Shown: one piece after another, positions 19,016 to 27,577 of the stretch | Layout of the letters: each line of letters begins with the position of its first letter | Numbering within the stretch: position 1 is the stretch's first letter | Source of the DNA: PVC group bacterium | GTDB taxonomy: Bacteria > Verrucomicrobiota > Kiritimatiellia > CAIKKV01 > CAITUY01 | Length of the DNA stretch: 64,000 bases | Reading direction: 5' to 3' | NCBI GenBank assembly: GCA_945890715.1 | Contig: CAMDCX010000001.1 | Location: forward strand, 13,751 to 77,750 | The notes under the pieces: generated by a model | Databases searched by the model: none | What the model saw: only the letters and a program-made list of their open reading frames with translations | What the model was told of the DNA's origin: nothing | Program-made: the position numbers and the translations under genes

Positions 19016-20062
19016 TTAGATCCAATCAAGGGGGTAGCGGCCCCAGCGGCGAACCGCATCCGCGATAGTGAGCAGGACGGAATCCGGAACCTGCCAGGGA
19101 ATTTCCCCATGGTTATCTGTTAAAACAAATCCGCCGCCCGGCCCGGCTTTTGCGATCGCCTCCTTGACCCTGATCTCGGCCTCGGCGGGAGTCCAGTGCC
19201 GCATTTCGATCGCATTCAAATTGCCCATAACGGTAAGCCGTCCCCGGGCTGCGGCCTTGACAGCGGCCAGATCTTCCAGAAAACTGGCTCCGATCCCGAC
19301 GGTGCCCGTTTGAACGACATCATCGAGAATTGCCAGGCAACGGCCGGAGGCAAAGCTGGTTGCAACGGCTCCTTTGATTTTCGACAATGTTCTTCTGGCG
19401 ATCAGGAACCCTGTTTTCAGGTATAGTGCCCGGGGAATGATGGTGGGGGACGATACCGGGTCGGCATACGCGATGGCTCCTGCGCCCGCCTCCAGTTGTG
19501 CGTTGGCCCACTCCACGCAAAAGGCTTCGTTCAGGCGCATGAGTTGCTCAAACCGTTCTGGTTGTTCGTGGAGTAAAAGCAGGTAATTCTCGAAACCCAA
19601 CTGCATGACCGGCAGTGAAAAGGGCGAAATCACCGAGCCGAACACGGGGACCTCGTTGCCCGCCCGGTCCTTCAGGAGACGAATGAGACGCAGCACTTTC
19701 TGCAGGCAGGGGGTATCGCGCACCCGGGGCGGTTCAAGGCGGGCGATGTCCGCCGATCCTGACAGGGGCGGTTGGCCTGCATTGGGCGGGCCATCTTCCC
19801 GATAGATCACTTCACCTCCCCACGCCTCAGCCTCCACAGCCCCATACATGAAACCGAGCAGGGCATCATGTCCATAGCGGACGCGGAGTCGCCACTGGCC
19901 TTCCGCCACGAGATCCGGCCGGCTGAAGTAGTCCCGGATTGAGAGGCCGAATTCCCTCGCGCCCTGCATGACGGTGGGAAGCAGGAAGGGAACGCGATCC
20001 GGTTCCCTGTGGGACATCGCCGTGCTGAGGCGTTCCGAGGAGGTCATGGACTCCGGTTTCAT
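19016..20062 (-). CDS. Uroporphyrinogen decarboxylase / MtaA-CmuA (MT2) fold protein
   Basis: 'ERL.TA...EPDRVP', 'SPFS', 'AQLEAGA', 'MGNL', 'GGGFVL'; lacks the HemE RQAGR motif. Confidence 0.85.
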   Translation of the reverse strand: MKPESMTSSERLSTAMSHREPDRVPFLLPTVMQGAREFGLSIRDYFSRPDLVAEGQWRLRVRYGHDALLGFMYGAVEAEAWGGEVIYREDGPPNAGQPPLSGSADIARLEPPRVRDTPCLQKVLRLIRLLKDRAGNEVPVFGSVISPFSLPVMQLGFENYLLLLHEQPERFEQLMRLNEAFCVEWANAQLEAGAGAIAYADPVSSPTIIPRALYLKTGFLIARRTLSKIKGAVATSFASGRCLAILDDVVQTGTVGIGASFLEDLAAVKAAARGRLTVMGNLNAIEMRHWTPAEAEIRVKEAIAKAGPGGGFVLTDNHGEIPWQVPDSVLLTIADAVRRWGRYPLDWI

Positions 20063-20691
20063 GGTAGAACCCCCGCTAATCGTGAAATGGCCGCAATGGC
20101 ATCGGATGCCGTGTTGCCGAAGGCGTCCGCTCCGACCTCTTTCCAGAGCTCTTCATCAAAGCGGAAAGGGGCGCCTCCTACTACAATTAGCGGGACGCAC
20201 CCCTTTGCCTGAAGCCGTGTGCGGAGCTCTTTGATCCGAAGCGCCGCCGGCAGCATGAGTGCGGAGAGAAGCAGAATACGAATCCCGTCGGTCTTGATGT
20301 GGGCGACCAGTTGGTTCATGTCGGTTCGTCCATAATTTCGCAACGAAAACCCGCTCGCCCGCAATGTCGAGTATACAATTCTCAAGCCCAGCAAATGATA
20401 ATCTTCAAGGGCTGCGATTGCCAGCGGCGGCATGCTTTTCCGGGTGTCATCGGAGGGGGGGAGAATGGCGTCAACCGCTTCCTCGCAAAGGCGACCGCTC
20501 ATGTATACCTGAGACAAGGAAACGCTCCCTTCCTCCCAGCCGACGCCAATCCGCTCCAGGGCCGGAACAATCAGGCTCTCGATTCTTGTGAGCGGTGAAG
20601 GCGAAGCGGAGGCTTCCGACAGCACGCGGTTGACGGTCACCCTGTCAAGCGACAGGAGAGCACTCTCCAGTTGATCCAACGGCGACTCCAT
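20059..20691 (-). CDS. Corrinoid (cobalamin-binding) protein with cap and Rossmann domains
   Basis: 'IVPALERIG..W' cap, 'EDYHLLG' (DxHxxG), 'LSALM' (SxL), 'VVGGAP'. Confidence 0.88.
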   Translation of the reverse strand: MESPLDQLESALLSLDRVTVNRVLSEASASPSPLTRIESLIVPALERIGVGWEEGSVSLSQVYMSGRLCEEAVDAILPPSDDTRKSMPPLAIAALEDYHLLGLRIVYSTLRASGFSLRNYGRTDMNQLVAHIKTDGIRILLLSALMLPAALRIKELRTRLQAKGCVPLIVVGGAPFRFDEELWKEVGADAFGNTASDAIAAISRLAGVLP

Positions 20692-20858
20692 GGCGTTCTC
20701 TTTTTGCTCGCTCCTATTACTCGGAACGTATTCCAGCCCGCCGGGCAAACCTGTAATCAGCTTCTCGATCTGAAACTACGCGCAATTCAAGTGTTTGTCA
20801 GCTATTTTTATTTTGACTTTTATCCGTCACTGCCAACTGGTATTGTCCGATTAAAGCC

Positions 20859-22007
20859 ATGAGTAAAATTCTCAAAGCCCTGATTGTCGAGGATTCTGAG
20901 TGTGATGCACTCCTGCTGTTAGGGCACCTGAAGCGGGGAGGGTACGATACGACATCCCTTCGCGTCGATAATGCTTCTGATCTTGTGGCAGCATTAAGCG
21001 AAAGAGAATGGGACATTGTTTTTTCAGATCACAACATGCCGCAATTCACCTCCATTGAGGCCCTGGAGCTTGTGCGCGCCCGCGATCCGGACATTCCTTT
21101 CCTGATTGTTTCCGGGAGCATCGGGGAAGATGTGGCGGTGGCGTCCATGAAGGCGGGAGCCCAGGACTATCTGATGAAGGGCAACCTGACCCGTCTTGTA
21201 TCGGCCGTTGATCGCGAGTTGAAGGATGCCGGGGATCGCCGCGCACGCAAGGTGGCGGAGCATGCACTTTTGGCGCGTGAGGAGGAACTCAGAATCGCCC
21301 GCGAAGTTCAACAGTTGCTCTTCCCGATTTCCATGCCTGTCATCGGCGGTTACGATATCGCGGGCGCCTCTTGCCCGGCGGACGCCACAGGCGGTGACTA
21401 CTACGATGTTATCGTCCGTCCGAATCACGATATTTATGTGATTGTCGGGGATGTGACCGGGCATGGGCTCGGGCCGGCCCTGCTCATGACCGATGTTCGG
21501 GCATACCTCAGGGCACTTGTCCTGGAGGACAGATCCCTCGAGGATCTCATGACTCTGGTGCGTCACCTCCTGCTTGAAGATCTTGGAAACGACCGGTTTA
21601 TCACCATGGTGATCGCCCGGTTCACTCCCGGAGAGGGTGTCATGGATGTGATTAATGCGGGGCATCCAACGGGCTATATTCTTGCGCCTGGAGGCGGGAT
21701 AAAAACGGAACTGAATGCCACTGTTCCAGCCTTGGGTGTTGACGCCGAGGTGGATCGACTTGAGTCCTGCAAGGTCCGGCTGGAAGCAGGAGAACTGGCT
21801 GTATTCCTGACGGATGGGATTCTCGAGGCGTGTTCACCGGCTGGCGAGGAGTTCGGGGTGCCGCGCCTGCTTGGGATTCTCCAGCGCGAAAGGGACCGGC
21901 CCGCCGCTGAAATCATCAGGATTCTCTTCGATGAAGTGCGCAAGTTTGGTTCCCCGGAAGGGATTCAGGACGATATCACTGCGGTGATCATCAAACGCTC
22001 GTCCTAA
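20859..22007 (+). CDS. Response regulator with PP2C/SpoIIE (RsbU-like) phosphatase output
   Basis: REC 'IVEDS', 'SDHNMP', 'YLMK'; PP2C 'GGDYYD', 'DVTGHG', 'NAGH', 'TDGI', 'DDIT'. Confidence 0.92.
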   Translation: MSKILKALIVEDSECDALLLLGHLKRGGYDTTSLRVDNASDLVAALSEREWDIVFSDHNMPQFTSIEALELVRARDPDIPFLIVSGSIGEDVAVASMKAGAQDYLMKGNLTRLVSAVDRELKDAGDRRARKVAEHALLAREEELRIAREVQQLLFPISMPVIGGYDIAGASCPADATGGDYYDVIVRPNHDIYVIVGDVTGHGLGPALLMTDVRAYLRALVLEDRSLEDLMTLVRHLLLEDLGNDRFITMVIARFTPGEGVMDVINAGHPTGYILAPGGGIKTELNATVPALGVDAEVDRLESCKVRLEAGELAVFLTDGILEACSPAGEEFGVPRLLGILQRERDRPAAEIIRILFDEVRKFGSPEGIQDDITAVIIKRSS

Positions 22008-22044
22008 AGGGACAGGGTGTGGGCGTTCGACTTAAGAGCACGAC

Positions 22045-22830
22045 ATGGAAGACCCTATCGGAACGGAAAAAATTGTCCACGGGCAACGGTGGGGTGAGTT
22101 TCATAACGGCTACTTCTCCGATCCGGTGATCGTGCGCCCCCTGATTGACGCTGCCCTGCGAGTTCTGACTAAATCGCCCGTCGATGTCGTTGTTGATTTA
22201 GGGGGTGGAACGGGTTTTCTGTTATCCCAGTTGGCCTCGAACGGGATCGGCGCCACCACGAAGCTGGTCAATGTCGACTGCTCGGACGCCCAGCTTGCGC
22301 TCAAGGATTCTGCCGGTATTGTTCGGGTTCATGCGTCCATCGGAGAGTTCCGTCGCCGGGAGGTTGTCCCCGGAGATCAGCGACTTTTCCTGCTCATGAG
22401 GTCTGTTCTTCATTATCTCGGGGAAGACGGATTGCTCCCCTTATTGCGTCATCTCCGTGGTCAGGTTGCGGAAGGGGAGTTCTTCGTTCATCAAAGCGCC
22501 TCCTTTAAGAATAAAGAGGATGCGGCATGTCTCAATGCCCTGTACCGGCACATGCGGTCCCGGAAGTGGTATCCCTCTGTGCATCATTTAAAAAACTGTT
22601 TGCTAAAATCCGGCTGGCGCGTAGCGGACGCCATGGAGGCCCCATCTCTTGTACTGACCTCGGAGGATCTCGGGCTGCGGTATGCGCTGAACACAAGTGA
22701 CATCGTTCGCATACGGGAGGCGATGGCGGGTGAATTCGGTGGGGAAGGTCCTGTCTTTCGTCTGACGCCATCAGGGTTTCAGGCCGACTTGCATTACCGG
22801 ATTTTCACCTGTGTCGCGATGTCATCCTGA
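22045..22830 (+). CDS. Class I SAM-dependent methyltransferase
   Basis: 'VVDLGGGTG', 'VD.S..QL', 'SVLHY'. Confidence 0.75.
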   Translation: MEDPIGTEKIVHGQRWGEFHNGYFSDPVIVRPLIDAALRVLTKSPVDVVVDLGGGTGFLLSQLASNGIGATTKLVNVDCSDAQLALKDSAGIVRVHASIGEFRRREVVPGDQRLFLLMRSVLHYLGEDGLLPLLRHLRGQVAEGEFFVHQSASFKNKEDAACLNALYRHMRSRKWYPSVHHLKNCLLKSGWRVADAMEAPSLVLTSEDLGLRYALNTSDIVRIREAMAGEFGGEGPVFRLTPSGFQADLHYRIFTCVAMSS

Positions 22831-23364
22831 AGACGATGCGAAGCGGCGGATGAAGAGGAGCCAGGCGGCGAGGGTTTTGGAGTCATCGACAAGGCCGCCG
22901 TCAATCAGGGATTCAAATTCCTCCCGTGTCAGGTATTCCACGGTGATCCGTTCGTCAGGGTCGCCCTCCTGAAGTTCGGCAGATTCTGAAAGTTCCGCAA
23001 AGAACAGATGAATGATTTCGTCAATATACCCCGGGGAGGGGTAGATAACGCCCAGAGAGTGGAGGGAAACGACATCATGGCCGGTTTCCTCCTTGATTTC
23101 CCGCGCAGCGCAATCCTCGGGGCGTTCTTCGAGTTCCTTCCGCCCGGCAATAATTTCAAGAACCTCGCGTTCAATGGGTTTCCGGAACTGCTTTACGAAA
23201 ACATAACGGCCGTCAGGCAAACGGGCCACGGCGGCAATGGCACCAGGATGCCTGATGATTTCCCGATGGGCGCGATGTCCAGGCTCCAGTTCAACCACCT
23301 GGGTTTCCACCGAAATCATACGGCCCGTGAAGACAGGCGTGATGGAAAGGGTTCTTTCGTTCAT
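22822..23364 (-). CDS. NUDIX hydrolase (ADP-ribose pyrophosphatase-like)
   Basis: Nudix box 'AGRKE..E.PEDCAAREIKEETG'; 'SPG'; 4-bp overlap with rfbB. Confidence 0.88.
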   Translation of the reverse strand: MNERTLSITPVFTGRMISVETQVVELEPGHRAHREIIRHPGAIAAVARLPDGRYVFVKQFRKPIEREVLEIIAGRKELEERPEDCAAREIKEETGHDVVSLHSLGVIYPSPGYIDEIIHLFFAELSESAELQEGDPDERITVEYLTREEFESLIDGGLVDDSKTLAAWLLFIRRFASSSG

Positions 23365-24389
23365 GAACAAGACCTGTCCCGCCACCCGTACATCGTGTCG
23401 TAGGCCTTGAGGTATTCGCCGCTGCGGATGCGATCCCACCAGGCTTTGTTGGCCACATACCAGTTGACCGTTTCCTTCAGGGCGTCCTCGAACCGGTGGG
23501 CGGGTTCCCAGCCCAATTCGGTCTTGGCTCGCGTGTTGTCCATGGCGTAACGCCGGTCGTGACCGGGGCGATCCTTGACATAGGTGATCAGGCTTTCCGG
23601 CTTACCGAGGATTTTCAGGATTCCCTTTACGATCTCGATATTCGGGACATCGTAGTTGCCGCCGAGATTGTAGACTTCCCCTGATTTTCCTTTTCGGAGC
23701 ACCGTATCGATGCCGGAACAGTGATCCATGACATAAATCCAGTCTCGCACATGCATGCCGTCGCCATAGACGGGAAGGGGCTTGTCGGCGAGGGCGTTGG
23801 AGATCATGAGAGGGATCAGTTTTTCAGGGAATTGATATGGGCCGAAGTTATTGGAGCAGCGGGTGATGACGGCGTCCAGTCCGTGCGAGTGCTGGGCGGC
23901 GCGGACCATGAAGTCGGCCCCGGCCTTGGTCGCGGAGTAGGGGTTATTGGGCTGGATCGGGGTCTCTTCCGTAAAGGCGCCGGTCGGGCCGAGGCTTCCA
24001 TACACTTCGTCGGTGGACACCTGCAGGAACCGGGGTACTTTGTGCTTCCGGGCGGCATCGAGAAGGTTCTGGGTTCCCATGATATTGGTCTTGATGAATT
24101 CACGGGGGCCCATGTGCAGGCTGCGATCCACATGACTTTCGGCGGCAAAATTGAGGACGGCGTCAAAGCGGTGTTCCCTGAAAAGCCGGTTCACATCGCG
24201 GGTTGAGGTGATGTCGCCGTGCACGAACACATGGCGGGAGTCATTCTTGATATCAGTGAGATTTTCAAGATTCCCCGCATAGGTCAGGGCGTCAAGATTG
24301 ACGATCTCATCCGCCGGATGAGTCTTTAAAATATAATGTACAAAATTACTGCCGATAAACCCGGCTCCCCCTGTTACCAATAATTTCAT
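23361..24389 (-). CDS. rfbB: dTDP-glucose 4,6-dehydratase
   Basis: 'TGGAGFIGS', 'AAESHVDRS', 'STDEVYG', 'YSATK', 'DRPGHDRRY'. Confidence 0.95.
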   Translation of the reverse strand: MKLLVTGGAGFIGSNFVHYILKTHPADEIVNLDALTYAGNLENLTDIKNDSRHVFVHGDITSTRDVNRLFREHRFDAVLNFAAESHVDRSLHMGPREFIKTNIMGTQNLLDAARKHKVPRFLQVSTDEVYGSLGPTGAFTEETPIQPNNPYSATKAGADFMVRAAQHSHGLDAVITRCSNNFGPYQFPEKLIPLMISNALADKPLPVYGDGMHVRDWIYVMDHCSGIDTVLRKGKSGEVYNLGGNYDVPNIEIVKGILKILGKPESLITYVKDRPGHDRRYAMDNTRAKTELGWEPAHRFEDALKETVNWYVANKAWWDRIRSGEYLKAYDTMYGWRDRSCS

Positions 24390-24457
24390 AAGTGTTCTCC
24401 TGCCCGAATGTATAGGGGACAGACCCGTCCGGTTCCAGCATTTTTTCTGCAAGGAGC

Positions 24458-24490
24458 GATTATGATTAAGATTACGATTACGATTATGAT
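24458..24490. repeat. GATTAY hexamer tandem repeat
   Basis: GATTATGATTAAGATTACGATTACGATTATGAT in the rfbB/fprA divergent spacer. Confidence 0.7.
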
Positions 24491-24549
24491 GAAGATATGG
24501 TATACATGATCGGTCTGTATTTCTTATTTATAAGGAGATGAGGTGTTTT

Positions 24550-25737
24550 ATGCCGATTGAACTAGCTAAAGGGGTTTACTGGGTGGGTGTGACCGATTGG
24601 GGCATCCGTCATTTTCACGGGTTTGAGCTCTCGGTTCATCGTGGAACGACTTATAATTCCTATCTCATTATGGATGAGAAAATTGCTTTGGTGGATACCG
24701 TTTGGTCGCCCCATTCGGAGGAATTCCTTGCCCGGGTCAGGGAATTGGTGGATCCCGCCAAGATTGATTATGTGGTGGTGAATCATGCGGAGCCGGACCA
24801 TTCCAGCAGTTTGCCCGCTCTGATGAAGCTATGCCCCAATGCCACAGTGGTGGTTTCCAAAAATGGGGCCACCAGTGTTCCCGGGCATTATCATGAAAAC
24901 TGGAATTTCAAAGCCGTCAAAACCGGGGATCGGATCAGCTTGGGCAAAAATGAACTGGTTTTTGTCGAGGCGACGATGCTGCACTGGCCGGACACTATGT
25001 TCTGCTACCTGACCGGGGAACAGATCCTGATGTCGAATGATGCCTTCGGTCAGCACTATGCCACGGCTTTTCTGTTCAACGATCTGGTCAATCAGGAGGA
25101 ACTGTATGAGGAGGCGTTGAAATATTTTGCCAATATTTTAACCCCCTACACAGATAAGATCTTGAAGAAAATTGACGAAATTCTGGCTCTGAACCTTCCG
25201 GTCAAGATGATTGCGCCGAGTCATGGGGTGATCTGGCGTCAGGATCCTCTCCAGATCGTTAAGCAATACCAGGAATGGTCCCTGCAGAAACCGGCTCCCA
25301 CGGCGGTGGTTTTGTATGACACCATGTGGCGTGCCACCGAAAAGATGGCAAAGGCGATTGCCGAGGGCTTGATTGAATGCGGCATCGACTGCAAGGTCTC
25401 TCACGCGGCGACTGCAGACAGCAACGACCTGATGGTGGAGATCTTTAAGGCAAAACTGGTTGTTTTGGGATCCTGTACCTATAACAATGGCATTCTTCCC
25501 TCCATGGCAAAGATTCTGGAGGAGATGCGGGGACTTCGATTCAAGAACAAGATTGGCGCCGCTTTCGGATCCTACGGGTGGAGCGGGGAGTGCGTGAAGT
25601 CCATCGAGGAAATCTTCCAGAAGTCCGGCATTCCCCTGGTGCGCTCTGGCCTTCGTGTCAAGTGGCAGCCCAGTGACGCCGATCTGCAGTTGTGTCGGGA
25701 GTTTGGACGCGAACTGGCGGCGGCGACCAAGGGCTGA
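24550..25737 (+). CDS. fprA: Class A flavodiiron protein (O2/NO reductase)
   Basis: 'HAEPDH', 'HWPD', 'DAFG', 'PSHG' diiron ligands plus flavodoxin 'FGSYGWSG'. Confidence 0.93.
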   Translation: MPIELAKGVYWVGVTDWGIRHFHGFELSVHRGTTYNSYLIMDEKIALVDTVWSPHSEEFLARVRELVDPAKIDYVVVNHAEPDHSSSLPALMKLCPNATVVVSKNGATSVPGHYHENWNFKAVKTGDRISLGKNELVFVEATMLHWPDTMFCYLTGEQILMSNDAFGQHYATAFLFNDLVNQEELYEEALKYFANILTPYTDKILKKIDEILALNLPVKMIAPSHGVIWRQDPLQIVKQYQEWSLQKPAPTAVVLYDTMWRATEKMAKAIAEGLIECGIDCKVSHAATADSNDLMVEIFKAKLVVLGSCTYNNGILPSMAKILEEMRGLRFKNKIGAAFGSYGWSGECVKSIEEIFQKSGIPLVRSGLRVKWQPSDADLQLCREFGRELAAATKG

Positions 25738-25740
25738 GTT

Positions 25741-27441
25741 TTAGAAAAATGCCCCGGCTAGAAGGCTTTCCGCTTCGGAAATCCATGCCTTGGAAAATTT
25801 GTTTTTCAGGGGGAACTGAATCATCACCCGCCTTGACGCGATTTTTCCCGTCAGAGCCACCGGTGCGTAACGGTCAATGAGGTGGCGGGGCTGGCTCCGA
25901 ATCACTTCGATCAGACCATCCAGTAGATCCAGCGGTTCTTCATGATCCGGGCATAGCACAAACTGGAACAGCCCGTCGGGCTCCCTTCGGATGGCGGTTC
26001 GGATATACCCCTCCAATTCTTTTCGGTGGGCGAATAGATCGGAGCCAGAAAATAGACAAGCGCACCGGGTGGAGGTAATGGCGGGCTCTATTCTGGGGTC
26101 GGAGGCTGTTACTTTAATCTGGTTTTTAAAGAGCATCAGCCGGGTTCCCGTGAATGCCCCGGTGTGAATATCCGACCGCAATTTCGGGTGGCGGGCAATC
26201 AGATGCTCAATGGCAAGGAAGTCCTCGGTATTCATGGTATCGGTTTCCGTCACTGCATAAGGGGGGTGTGTCAGCGCACGCATGCGCCATTCCTTGCGCC
26301 GGTCACGCAGTTCTGTTCCCGGCAGAAGCAACGTTTGCAGGCATTGGACATTTGTGGACGGGAGTTTCAAGGCCCAGTTTACTGATCGTCTTACATCGCC
26401 TGTGCCCTGTAGCGGAAGACCATACATAACATCCAGGGTGACTTTGATCCGGCGCCGGGTGAGGAGCCGAATTCCCGATTCCAGCTTCCCGAGTGAAGTG
26501 GGGCGACGGATTGCCTTGAGCACGGCGGGATCACGGCTTTGCAGGCCCACTTCAACATCCACAAAACGGGCCCGCGCCAGGTTGTCCGCTTGTTCTGCGG
26601 TAAGCCGTTCCGCATTGATCTCGGCAAAAAACGCCAGATTTCTGGACTGGTTCAGGTGGGCCAGACGCTGGACAATTTCGCCGAAATGCGGATGGGCGTT
26701 GAAGGAGGGATCCACGAAGCGGATTTCCTTCGCTCCGAGACGACGCAGGGCGCGAACGCGTGACAGAATGTCGTCCGGCTCCAGGAAAGACATGGACTGG
26801 CGCAGATGGGGATAGCGGCAATAGGTGCAGCGCATGGGGCAGCCCCGCGAGGCTTCGAGATAGGCCATTCCTCGGGCATCCGGTCGGCTGGCTCCATAGC
26901 CTGGGGGCGGCAGTTGATGCGACAGGCAGACGGCAGGCGGGGGCTCGGATCCCCAGCGATAGCCGTTACCGGTTCGCGTCGCCACGGTTGAATAGGGGAC
27001 GGATTTTCCGGTGCGAAAGGCGCGCAGCAGGGCCGGAAAAACAATTTCCCCTTCGCCCACCACCAGGGCATCGGCGGTTTTGTTTTTGAAAAGGAAGGGA
27101 TGGGCTCGGGCCACTTCGGGGCCGCCCAGGACGATCCGGGTTTCAGGAAGCCGATTGCGCAAAAGTCGGGCCAGTCGCAAGGTCCGTTCAATATTCCACA
27201 GGTATAGTGTTCCGGCGAGAACATCAGGGGCGAGGCGCGTCAGGGTGTTGAGCAGGGACTGGTTTCCCGCGTCCTGTTCTGATTCTGGAAGTCTGCAGAA
27301 CTCGTAATGAGCCCCTTCGCCCGCTTGTTCGGCGGCATACTGGAGGGTGGCGGCGGCCAGCGGGACATTCTCATGGTCCGCCTGGAGATCGTTATCCAGC
27401 TGGGGGAGTTGAATAAATAAAACCCTTTTCCGTTTCGGCAT
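25741..27441 (-). CDS. B12-binding-domain radical SAM protein
   Basis: 'YLWN', 'LGGPEV', 'EASRGCPMRCTYC', 'GLQS', 'YGLP', 'LLPGT'. Confidence 0.88.
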   Translation of the reverse strand: MPKRKRVLFIQLPQLDNDLQADHENVPLAAATLQYAAEQAGEGAHYEFCRLPESEQDAGNQSLLNTLTRLAPDVLAGTLYLWNIERTLRLARLLRNRLPETRIVLGGPEVARAHPFLFKNKTADALVVGEGEIVFPALLRAFRTGKSVPYSTVATRTGNGYRWGSEPPPAVCLSHQLPPPGYGASRPDARGMAYLEASRGCPMRCTYCRYPHLRQSMSFLEPDDILSRVRALRRLGAKEIRFVDPSFNAHPHFGEIVQRLAHLNQSRNLAFFAEINAERLTAEQADNLARARFVDVEVGLQSRDPAVLKAIRRPTSLGKLESGIRLLTRRRIKVTLDVMYGLPLQGTGDVRRSVNWALKLPSTNVQCLQTLLLPGTELRDRRKEWRMRALTHPPYAVTETDTMNTEDFLAIEHLIARHPKLRSDIHTGAFTGTRLMLFKNQIKVTASDPRIEPAITSTRCACLFSGSDLFAHRKELEGYIRTAIRREPDGLFQFVLCPDHEEPLDLLDGLIEVIRSQPRHLIDRYAPVALTGKIASRRVMIQFPLKNKFSKAWISEAESLLAGAFF

Positions 27442-27577
27442 GGGATGCACCTTACCACAACCCGCCGCGAAAACGCGAGAGTTCGACATAGCCAAAGAAC
27501 GATTGAAACAAGGGCGATGAGGCGATATACTCGCCCGTTTTACAGTGAAATTGCTGAGCCGGAAGTGGAGTTGAACC

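Noticed and set aside
19016-20062. Annotation as heme-pathway hemE
   Set aside because: Lacks the RQAGR signature and is coupled to a corrinoid protein rather than hem genes.
20692-20858. Possible cobalamin riboswitch upstream of the corrinoid operon
   Set aside because: No B12-box or conserved GGGAA/GCCACTG core seen on either strand.
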